Shown in pieces: positions 9,870 to 17,663 of a DNA stretch of 64,000 nt. Positions within the stretch are counted from its first letter, which is position 1; the number at the start of each line of letters is the position of its first letter. Both the position numbers and the translations under genes were made by a program. The DNA is from Thermoplasmata archaeon (lineage in GTDB: Archaea > Thermoplasmatota > Thermoplasmata > Thermoplasmatales > Thermoplasmataceae): the NCBI GenBank assembly GCA_021810045.1, contig JAJZJR010000004.1, positions 18,351 to 82,350 on the forward strand. Direction: 5' to 3'. The notes under the pieces are model-generated. The model saw only the letters and a list, made by a program, of their open reading frames with translations. It did not search any database and was not told the DNA's origin.

Positions 9870-11108
9870 TTATCGAGTACGAATATAATTAAGCCATTCT
9901 CCGAGGGTGGGTTTTACTTCCCTGACATACTCCCTTACCTCGCCTTGCTGGGCGAATTTTTTACTGAAGTGAATTTCATCTCCACTTCTTTCAAGCTCAT
10001 GAAGCTTAAGGGCATAAGAGAGAGTTTCTGACATCTCTTCATCCTCCAAGATTTCCTTTATCGTATAAGTCTGAACTATGGTTAATATTAGTTCTTTAAG
10101 TTCAGTAGATCTAAGACTCCTTATAGATTCTAATAAACCTTCTATTCGTTCTTTATCTCCTAAAATGGCTTTAAGGTGACTTATAGTGAGAACATTCCCT
10201 TCAAATGCCTTGATTACTTGTTCTTTTTTTGTGATAATATCACCATTTCCATTTTGCTTGGGTGGAGGCATTCTTCCGCTTCCAAGCGCCACTACATCGC
10301 TCATGAATATTTCTTGGCCATGTGGCCCGCTGAGTGACTTGTACCGGCTTTCTCTTTCAATTCCAGTGGTTATTATAGCGACATCTAGGTCCTTAAAAAC
10401 ACGAATCAAATCCCTTAAAATTGGCTGCATTTTTACAGGGCTACTGTAATGCAATCCAATGGCCGGAATGTGCCCTGAACTCACTGAGGATTTCAAAAAA
10501 GGCGTAACATATTGAAAAGCAGTAAAATCCTCATCGGACGGGTCCAGAAAAATCATAGGATAGGGTGCATTGGATTCTCTGTCGATAACGTATCTCTGCC
10601 ATAGATCTTTTATATCTTCTATTGGTATAAAATGCGGAAAAGTAAGTCCCCAGAACTTTGCTCCAGTGTTTGAGGCTATCATTGCAGAATAATCATAAAT
10701 TCTCTCATATTCTTCTTTTCTTGAAGCTAATACATGTTTTGCTTTATTCTGTGGTCTGACAATGAATCCGTGCAATGGTGAGTATTTCATTTTAGACATA
10801 TGTCGGTCGACTGAGGCATTCAGGCTTACATAACCATTCGTACCCCGCAATAACTTCCTTAGCTCTGTTTCTTTAAGGGTCTTGTCTACTATCGAGACGT
10901 CAGATGAGATCTTCACTATTTCTTTCAATTTTGAATTAGCATTGTATTCTACTGTTGTTGCAGACCTAGTTGGAGATGTTATCTGCTTTCCATCTACGTA
11001 AATAGTTCCCGACCTAAAATAATATGGAACCGACCCCACGTAGTTAATATCTGCACCAGGGGACTCCAATTTGAAATTTATATCTGACAAATCAATCACC
11101 ACGCTCAC
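9870..11108 (-). CDS. Hypothetical protein, possibly a divergent tRNA-guanine transglycosylase (TGT)-fold TIM barrel
   Basis: N-terminal RSGTIYVDGKQITSPT and C-terminal KLHELERSGDEIHFSKKFAQQGEVREYV resemble TGT termini. The ORF itself is well supported; the fold call is tentative. Confidence 0.55.
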   Translation of the reverse strand: MSVVIDLSDINFKLESPGADINYVGSVPYYFRSGTIYVDGKQITSPTRSATTVEYNANSKLKEIVKISSDVSIVDKTLKETELRKLLRGTNGYVSLNASVDRHMSKMKYSPLHGFIVRPQNKAKHVLASRKEEYERIYDYSAMIASNTGAKFWGLTFPHFIPIEDIKDLWQRYVIDRESNAPYPMIFLDPSDEDFTAFQYVTPFLKSSVSSGHIPAIGLHYSSPVKMQPILRDLIRVFKDLDVAIITTGIERESRYKSLSGPHGQEIFMSDVVALGSGRMPPPKQNGNGDIITKKEQVIKAFEGNVLTISHLKAILGDKERIEGLLESIRSLRSTELKELILTIVQTYTIKEILEDEEMSETLSYALKLHELERSGDEIHFSKKFAQQGEVREYVREVKPTLGEWLNYIRTR

Positions 11109-11613
11109 GTAACTTGTTTTTTCGGGAAAGATACCTATCTCTCACCGCTGAATTTACAGTATAGTCTGGAAACTCTTCGTATACAACTTTCATGATTCCA
11201 TCAGTGCCTTTTTGATCGAGTCTGATTCTAAACTCAACGAGATCCTCCCATACTTCAGGCTTATATTCTTCTCTCACTTTCTCTAGTACATTGTGTCCTC
11301 GACCGTTTAGCCCGATTTTGTTTCCATCGATGGAAAGGACTCCATCACCATGAAGCTCTCTGAGTTTGTTTGCAAGATATCTGCTGTATGGCCCATATCT
11401 ATGCGGGTAGAATGAGATATCAGGGGGATTTATCAGCTTACTCCTCATAGTTTTTAGAAAAAGGAATGCTTCTTTCACGATTAGCGTCCTTCCCCTTATC
11501 GGGATTCCTGTTGTTCCAAGTAACATAACAAGGAAATTCTTAGTTCTATCCTCTAATATCTCTTCCCCTATTTTCTCTATATATTCGTCATAATACTTGG
11601 GGTCGATAAGCAC
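11092..11613 (-). CDS. Panacea/SocA (DUF4065)/YwgA-like winged-helix protein
   Basis: GRTLIVKEAFLF...FYPHRYGPYSRYLANKLREL matches the family signature (GRTxLxK..F...YGPYS). Confidence 0.7.
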   Translation of the reverse strand: MLIDPKYYDEYIEKIGEEILEDRTKNFLVMLLGTTGIPIRGRTLIVKEAFLFLKTMRSKLINPPDISFYPHRYGPYSRYLANKLRELHGDGVLSIDGNKIGLNGRGHNVLEKVREEYKPEVWEDLVEFRIRLDQKGTDGIMKVVYEEFPDYTVNSAVRDRYLSRKNKLRERGD

Positions 11614-11657
11614 ACGACCCTCATCGGTTTCATAGGCTGGAATACCAAAATAGTTTG

Positions 11658-12167
11658 TTAATTTCGTGTCATTCCCTCCAATTTTACATAAGCTGATTCA
11701 TCCATTCCAACAAAGCATGTCAATACATATTGCTTTCTTCTGATTTTAATTCTTACATCGAATTCGAAAGGATAAACTGGGATCTCAAACCTTCTCAGTT
11801 CAGCTGATAAACTTCTTGGAAGCCTCTTCTTGAGTTCTGGGAAAAGAAGCGTCATATCACTTAGTGCAGTTATTCTGTAGTAATCTGAGAAAAACTGATC
11901 CCCCATCCAAACTCTGTGCCCGGATATCATAATTGGCTCATTAGTGTCGAACGAATTGCCACAGTCGTGGCAAGCCCACCTCTCTTTTCTTGGAATTATT
12001 AATCCAGAATTTATTTCCTCACCTTCAATGTGGCTCCTGTTTATCTTTATCCTGGAATCGAAACCTGCCTCAGTATGAACCTCATTAGAATTCTTTTTCT
12101 CGAAATTCTCCTGAAACCGTTCAGTTATGTACTCGGTTCTTCCAGAACCACAAATTGGGCAAATCAA
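11658..12167 (-). CDS. Hypothetical zinc-ribbon protein
   Basis: CPICGS ... WACHDCGNSF; TTG start preceded by a GAGGT RBS. Confidence 0.6.
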   Translation of the reverse strand: MICPICGSGRTEYITERFQENFEKKNSNEVHTEAGFDSRIKINRSHIEGEEINSGLIIPRKERWACHDCGNSFDTNEPIMISGHRVWMGDQFFSDYYRITALSDMTLLFPELKKRLPRSLSAELRRFEIPVYPFEFDVRIKIRRKQYVLTCFVGMDESAYVKLEGMTRN

Positions 12168-12501
12168 CTTCTTTACCTCGTCCTTCAGGGAAGTATTCTC
12201 GATGTCTGAATTCTTTATGAGTATGAAATATATTCTAACCTCAGACTGCGTTTTTTGCAGGATTGGAAATTATGCTTTAGAATTTCTAAGGCAACTTTTC
12301 GAACACAGTCATATGTTTTAGTGATGTTCATTTATAAATATTATCATATGTATTATAGAGGCAAGAATGAGATTAGTTCAGAAGTTGCAGATTATACTCA
12401 TTAAGAAACAAAGTGAAAAAGTAATTCACATAATGGGGGGCGATAAGGCTTACACTTGAAAAGGAGCCGCTGACTTGAATATATTTAAATGCATCATTCA
12501 A

Positions 12502-12517
12502 CATGTGCATGCACATG
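12502..12517. promoter_or_regulatory. Perfect 16-bp palindrome overlapping the start codons of the int(N)/RHH gene; probable autoregulatory operator
   Basis: CATGTGCATGCACATG, with a TATA-like TATTTAAAT at 12482-12490. Confidence 0.55.
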
Positions 12518-12787
12518 CAAAGGAATCTGACATTGAAAGTTGATGATGAACTCGTAGAAAAGGCACACAGGTACGGCATCAACATCTCTAAATTCCTTGA
12601 ATATGCACTGGACAACGCTTTCAAGCGTGGTTTTGAAGATCTCTCACAGAATCAGGAAAATTCAGAATGGACCGGTCGGGATTTGAACCCGAGGCCTCCT
12701 GCTTGCAAAGCAGGCGATCTACCGCTGATCTACCGGCCCTTCCCAATAAAGGGATCAGGGAATCGGTTCTATAGTATTAATTTTTGA
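12503..12787 (+). CDS. CcdA/RHH-like protein, probable N-terminal fragment int(N) of a split SSV1/pTN3-type integrase
   Basis: NLTLKVDDELVEKAHRYGINISKFLEYAL is RHH-like. The frame continues without a stop through the antisense of tRNA-Ala (WTGRDLNPRPPACKAG). Confidence 0.65.
   Translation: MCMHMQRNLTLKVDDELVEKAHRYGINISKFLEYALDNAFKRGFEDLSQNQENSEWTGRDLNPRPPACKAGDLPLIYRPFPIKGSGNRFYSINF
12668..12739 (-). tRNA. tRNA-Ala(UGC)
   Basis: GGGCCGGTAGATCAGCGGTAGATCGCCTGCTTTGCAAGCAGGAGGCCTCGGGTTCAAATCCCGACCGGTCCA folds as a cloverleaf with anticodon TGC and a G3:U70 pair. Confidence 0.97.
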
Positions 12788-12878
12788 CGATCAATCTTTA
12801 TGAGGTAATTTGATAAGATAACCCCAACCAGCCGAACAAACATAGTTTATTAATCCAAAATAGAAATCACATTGTCAT

Positions 12879-13616
12879 ATGTTTCTTGTCAAGCTTGGTG
12901 GCAGTGTCATAACAGTCAAGGGAAGATACCGTTATTTCAGGCCCAAGGCTGTACAGGAAATAATAGGGGAACTGAAGAAGAAGGGCGAACCCTTTGTACT
13001 CGTACATGGCGGAGGATCCTTTGGGCACATCAAGGCAAAGGAATATGGAATTCCCGGAGCGATTACAGAAGTCAGGAAAATGGGTTATTCCATCATCCAC
13101 CGAGACATGGTTGAACTGAACCAGAGGATCATAAATTCTCTTCTTGATAACAAAATAAGGGGAGTTGGTGTGCCTCCAGCCTCCTTTAACGGGGATCTGG
13201 AGAAAATAACACAGGCAATGAAAGAGCACATGGAGGCAGGGCTTTTTCCTGTTTCATTTGGGGATGTTTACATAAACAAGGCGGAGAACAGGTTTGAAAT
13301 CGTGTCAGGAGATGATCTTGTTCTAGAACTTGCCAGGGTTCTCAGGCCAAGGGAAGTATATTTCCTGACAGATGTGGATGGAATATATGACAGGAACCCA
13401 AAGAAGCATCACGATGCTGTACTTCTTAGAGAGTTGAATGACACTGCAACCTTTGAGCATGTGGGCACTGATGTCACCGGCGGAATGCTCAAAAAAGCCA
13501 GTACAGTAAGAGATATTGCAGGACTGGGAACTACAGTTTATGTCCTAAATGGCAATGTTCCCTCAAGGTTAAACCAGATCAATTCAAAGAACTTCATTGG
13601 AACAGTGGTTAAATGA
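12879..13616 (+). CDS. ipk: Isopentenyl phosphate kinase
   Basis: VKLGGSVIT, VHGGGSFGH and DVTGGMLKK motifs; adjacent to fni. Confidence 0.9.
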   Translation: MFLVKLGGSVITVKGRYRYFRPKAVQEIIGELKKKGEPFVLVHGGGSFGHIKAKEYGIPGAITEVRKMGYSIIHRDMVELNQRIINSLLDNKIRGVGVPPASFNGDLEKITQAMKEHMEAGLFPVSFGDVYINKAENRFEIVSGDDLVLELARVLRPREVYFLTDVDGIYDRNPKKHHDAVLLRELNDTATFEHVGTDVTGGMLKKASTVRDIAGLGTTVYVLNGNVPSRLNQINSKNFIGTVVK

Positions 13617-14662
13617 TAGAGAACAGGAAGGAAGAACACATACGCATAGCGGAAAATGAAAAAGTAGATACTGACCACAATTACTGGGACGATATTCAGG
13701 TACTTCATCAGGCCATACCTGAGATAGATTTTGATTCCATAGACACAAAGGCCAGATTCATCAGCCACGAGATAGGATACCCCATGATCATTTCCTCCAT
13801 GACAGGAGGAACAGATCTTGCAAAAAAGATCAATTACAATCTTGCCACCGCAGCCGAAAAATTTGGCCTTCCAATGGGTGTTGGCAGCATGCGTGCAGCT
13901 GTGGAGAAGAAAGAGCTTTCAGACACGTTCTCCATAATTCTTGAGAAGAAAGTGCCTGTGAGAATAGCAAACGTGGGTGCACCACAACTTATCAACCAGG
14001 GAAAGAAAGCCTTCACGGACAAGGACCTTGAATACATATTCAATCTCATAGATGCAAATTACCTCATCGTCCACTTCAATTTCCTCCAGGAAATGGTTCA
14101 GCCTGAAGGTGACAGGAATGCAAAAGGCATAATGAAAAGACTTCAGGACGTCGCATCCAGTTATCCGGTAATTGCAAAGGAAACCGGGAATGGCTTTTCC
14201 AGGGAGGCCGCTCTCCAGCTCAGGGATGCCGGAGTCAGGGCAATTGATGTGGGTGGCCTTGGCGGGACCTCATTTGCTGCCATAGAATATTACAGGGCCA
14301 GAAAAGCAGGCGATGAGGAAAAAATGAGATCAGGGCAATCCTTCTGGAACTGGGGAATACCAGCACCTGCTTCTGTGAAGTACTCTCAGGTAGGCATTCC
14401 GGTCATAGGGAGCGGCGGCCTCAGGAACGGCCTCGATCTCTTCAAGGCAGTTCTCATGGGTGCCAGTGCGGGAGGATTTGCAAGAACACTGCTGAAAGGG
14501 GCTGACAATTCGGAGGAACAGATCCAGAAAGAAATATCCTATATTCTCAGGGACTTCAAGACTGCAATGTTCCTTTCAGGTTCCAGGAATCTCAAGGAAA
14601 TAAAAAAGGCAAGACATTTCATTAAGGAGCCTTTAAAATCCTGGCTTGATGTATATGACTGA
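13613..14662 (+). CDS. fni: Type 2 isopentenyl-diphosphate delta-isomerase
   Basis: RKEEHI, SMTGG, GVGS, QEMVQPEGD, KETGNG and GGTSFAAIE motifs. Confidence 0.95.
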   Translation: MIENRKEEHIRIAENEKVDTDHNYWDDIQVLHQAIPEIDFDSIDTKARFISHEIGYPMIISSMTGGTDLAKKINYNLATAAEKFGLPMGVGSMRAAVEKKELSDTFSIILEKKVPVRIANVGAPQLINQGKKAFTDKDLEYIFNLIDANYLIVHFNFLQEMVQPEGDRNAKGIMKRLQDVASSYPVIAKETGNGFSREAALQLRDAGVRAIDVGGLGGTSFAAIEYYRARKAGDEEKMRSGQSFWNWGIPAPASVKYSQVGIPVIGSGGLRNGLDLFKAVLMGASAGGFARTLLKGADNSEEQIQKEISYILRDFKTAMFLSGSRNLKEIKKARHFIKEPLKSWLDVYD

Positions 14663-15203
14663 TGAAAATATGGATGAGGAAATACCCAGTGAGTTTCAAA
14701 CTGAAACACCATGTCCTTCCTGCGGGGAAAAGCTTTACTTCATATTCTACAGGACAAAGGTAAGTTATGAGGAAGCAGTTGAAATTGAGACTTTCTTCTG
14801 CAAGAAGTGCCTATACAAATCATCCCAGATAAGGCCTCTTGAAAAGGAAACCCCAAAGAAACTTGTACTGGAGATCAGGAATTATGATGATCTCAGGACA
14901 ATTCTATACCGGTCTCCTGAAGCAAAGATTGAGATCCCCGAACTTGAGGCTGAAATTGAACCCGGTGAAATTTCATCTGGAGAAATTACCACGATTGAAG
15001 GAATTCTTACAAGGTTGCTGGAAAAACTTGATCTCTTTGACGAGGAAGATGTTGATCTGGAAAGCCTCAACAGGGTCAAATCACACATACAGGCAATAAT
15101 CAATGGAAGTGGGGAACATTTCACATTTGTTATGGATGATCCTCTGGGAAAGAGCAGGATAAACAGCAGCAGGGTCATCATTCTTCATAAGTCTGAGGAC
15201 TAG
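14655..15203 (+). CDS. ZPR1 zinc-finger domain protein
   Basis: CPSCG...CKKC, IPELEAEIEPG, ITTIEG and DDPLGKSRI. Confidence 0.9.
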   Translation: MTDENMDEEIPSEFQTETPCPSCGEKLYFIFYRTKVSYEEAVEIETFFCKKCLYKSSQIRPLEKETPKKLVLEIRNYDDLRTILYRSPEAKIEIPELEAEIEPGEISSGEITTIEGILTRLLEKLDLFDEEDVDLESLNRVKSHIQAIINGSGEHFTFVMDDPLGKSRINSSRVIILHKSED

Positions 15204-15292
15204 TTGATTTACTCTCTAAAGGTATAGAAGAACTTCCTATGTACGTGTATCTTTTATATACCCTCCAACAATGATCCGTCGGAGTATTTAGC

Positions 15293-15520
15293 ATGACAAT
15301 AACGGACTCGGCACTCTTGGCAATTGCGGCTGCAATCTCAATAGCCGGAGGTCTTATCGGTACAGGTATGGCCCAGCAGGGTATTGGTGCAGCAGGTATG
15401 GGAATAATCGCAGAAAAACCCGAGAAATTCGGTCAAGTTCTAGTATTCTTCGTGATTCCAGAGACACTATGGATTATTGGATTTGTTCTAGGTATCATCC
15501 TTCTCAGAGGAATTCTTTAA
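15293..15520 (+). CDS. atpK: A1Ao ATP synthase proteolipid subunit K (c)
   Basis: Two TM helices with the PET ion-binding Glu; first gene of the operon, downstream of a TTTTATATA box. Confidence 0.93.
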   Translation: MTITDSALLAIAAAISIAGGLIGTGMAQQGIGAAGMGIIAEKPEKFGQVLVFFVIPETLWIIGFVLGIILLRGIL

Positions 15521-15529
15521 AGATAGAAC

Positions 15530-16093
15530 ATGTCTCTTGAGGAAATACTTAGGGATATAGAGCTTCGAGGGAAGCAGGAACTGGATGAGCTTAAGCTCTA
15601 TTATGAGAAGAAGATCGCGGATCTTCAGGCAAAGCAGGATCGTGCTATAAGTGCACAGAATGAGAAAATCAGGAAGAGCACCGACGACGAGAAACGTTCT
15701 GCCGAAAGAACCATCATAAGTTCTGCTGAAATGGAAGCACTTAATATTCTCAGGAGCAGGGAAGGTATCCTGGTAGAGGAAGCAGCATCAAAAGCTGAAC
15801 TTTACCTTAAGAATATGAGAGATCGCAAGGATTATTCTGAAATTCTTGCCAAGATGGTTGACATATCTAGAAAGACACTGGGAAATGACTGCAGGATATT
15901 CGTTTCAAAGGAGGATTCCTCCAAGGTAACTGCAGATGGATCAAAGGTTGTTGTGAAAGAAGTTGATCCCTTTGGTGGCATTAAGGCAGAGTCATCTGAC
16001 GGTTCCAGAGAACTGGATCTTACAGTTTCTGCCATTGTTTCTGAACTAAGGGAAAAAATTACTTCACAGTTCTACCAGTATTTAGGGGAGTAG
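15530..16093 (+). CDS. atpE: A1Ao ATP synthase subunit E
   Basis: N-terminal coiled coil, C-terminal GGIKAES.DG motif, operon position. Confidence 0.9.
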   Translation: MSLEEILRDIELRGKQELDELKLYYEKKIADLQAKQDRAISAQNEKIRKSTDDEKRSAERTIISSAEMEALNILRSREGILVEEAASKAELYLKNMRDRKDYSEILAKMVDISRKTLGNDCRIFVSKEDSSKVTADGSKVVVKEVDPFGGIKAESSDGSRELDLTVSAIVSELREKITSQFYQYLGE

Positions 16094-16096
16094 TTT

Positions 16097-17161
16097 ATGG
16101 ACCCGACATACACGGGGGCTTACGGAAGAATCAAGGTTTATGGGACAGAGTTTCTCTCTGAAGACTTTCTTAGCCGGCTTGTTAACTCAGCCAATGTTGA
16201 TGAGATATCCTCCATGCTCTATACAACATTCTACAGAGAAGACATGGACCTGTTCTCAGCCCTGAACAAAGGCATAGACCTCCTGAATATGGCAGTTAAC
16301 CACAGAATTATCTCAAGAAACAGGATATCACTTTTTGCCGCTCCAACACCAGGAAGAGAGACAATAAGGGCATACCTTTCAAAGTGGGATATTGAGAACA
16401 TAAAGTCAATCATATCCTCAAAGTACATGGGATATGAGATAAAGGAATCAGAAAACTTCCTCATCAGTTTCAGAGACGTACCGATTGGTATGTTCAGCGG
16501 AGCGATGACTCATGATGATTTCAAGAACCTCCTGACGCTTGGCTCAATTGATGAGGTTGTAAACAAGCTTTCCAATTTCGGATATGGGCAGGAACTTCTC
16601 CAGTACATGGACAGGTACAGGAAGAGCGGGGACATCGCAATTCTTCTTGCAGCTCTGGACAGCCTTTATTATTTCAGACTTCACAATTCACTGAAATTCT
16701 ACAATGGTGATGAGGGCCCCATAAGGAGGTTCATAAGTGAGGAAATTGACGTAAGGAATATCATGGTCATTCTCAAGGGCGTGGATATGTCAGTAGAGTT
16801 TGACAGGCTCAAGGAGGCACTTATACCAATGGGAAACATTTCGCTGGCAGCACTGCAGGAGATATATTCTTCAGGCCTGCTGGAACAATCAGTCGAAAAG
16901 CTGAAGGCATATTACCCGGGACTCGAGGAGGCCTTGAAGGATTACTACCAGAACAGGAGGCTTGAAGTGTTCGAAAGCCACATGCGGTCGGAACTTTACA
17001 GGAAATACATGGCTATCTTCTCGCAGCAGTCACTTTCTGTTGGTTCGGCATTCCATTTCATCATGCGATCAGAGAGGGAAAGGGAACGCCTGAGAACAAT
17101 TGTATTCGGCAAATACTATGATCTCTCACCGGAGAGCGTTAGGACACTGGCATCCCTTTAG
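16097..17161 (+). CDS. atpC: A1Ao ATP synthase subunit C
   Basis: YGRIK, KWDIENIK and EIDVRNI motifs; operon position. Confidence 0.9.
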   Translation: MDPTYTGAYGRIKVYGTEFLSEDFLSRLVNSANVDEISSMLYTTFYREDMDLFSALNKGIDLLNMAVNHRIISRNRISLFAAPTPGRETIRAYLSKWDIENIKSIISSKYMGYEIKESENFLISFRDVPIGMFSGAMTHDDFKNLLTLGSIDEVVNKLSNFGYGQELLQYMDRYRKSGDIAILLAALDSLYYFRLHNSLKFYNGDEGPIRRFISEEIDVRNIMVILKGVDMSVEFDRLKEALIPMGNISLAALQEIYSSGLLEQSVEKLKAYYPGLEEALKDYYQNRRLEVFESHMRSELYRKYMAIFSQQSLSVGSAFHFIMRSERERERLRTIVFGKYYDLSPESVRTLASL

Positions 17162-17170
17162 GTGTGATTT

Positions 17171-17539
17171 ATGGCAGCAGTTAGTGAAAAGGTTGGAAAC
17201 ATCGCAATAATAGCAGAGAGAGAACTGGTGCTGGGGTTCAGGCTCATAGGTGTGGAGCATTCCTTTATTGCAGAGAAGGAGGAAGGCGTCAAGAAACTTT
17301 ACGAGCTCCTCAACGAAAAGAAATACTCTCTTATCATGGTTTCAGAAAGCATTAAACACTATATGGACAACAAGACCCTGAGGTTCACAGACACTTCCAC
17401 AGATCCGGTTGTTGTATTCATTCCGCTTCCCGGAGGAGTTGATCCAGAATCGGTGAATGCACTTGCAAAGAGGGTCCTTGGTGTGGATATTGGAGGACAG
17501 CAGGCTAGCTCTCAGAAAAAGGAATCGGAGGTGGCCTGA
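17171..17539 (+). CDS. atpF: A1Ao ATP synthase subunit F
   Basis: IAIIAERELVLGFRLIGV ... KRVLGVDI. Confidence 0.92.
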   Translation: MAAVSEKVGNIAIIAERELVLGFRLIGVEHSFIAEKEEGVKKLYELLNEKKYSLIMVSESIKHYMDNKTLRFTDTSTDPVVVFIPLPGGVDPESVNALAKRVLGVDIGGQQASSQKKESEVA

Positions 17540-17541
17540 TA

Positions 17542-17661
17542 GTGTTAAGTTCACTCTTTACATTACAAAATGAAAAATTCAAGTTAAGGATAGATGAGCA
17601 ATCGTCTATATTCAGGAAATGCAAGCAGGAAATTAAAAATCAGTTTGATTTAGAGGTTTGA
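17542..17661 (+). CDS. Putative 39-aa small ORF between atpF and atpA
   Basis: GGAGGTGG RBS 7 nt before GTG; the frame fills the whole intergenic gap and stops 2 nt before the atpA ATG. Confidence 0.35.
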   Translation: MLSSLFTLQNEKFKLRIDEQSSIFRKCKQEIKNQFDLEV

Positions 17662-17663
17662 AG

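Larger units (their letters stand above)
1..12739. mobile_element. Integrated plasmid/virus-like element (right part), inserted at the 3' end of tRNA-Ala; left boundary lies outside the window
   Basis: Primase-helicase, type I R-M and hypothetical genes end at tRNA-Ala (12668-12739). An int(N)-like ORF reads into the tRNA, and housekeeping genes start immediately after. Confidence 0.8.

Noticed and set aside
12503..12787. Stand-alone ccdA antitoxin of a type II TA pair
   Set aside because: There is no adjacent toxin gene, and reading through the tRNA fits a split integrase better.
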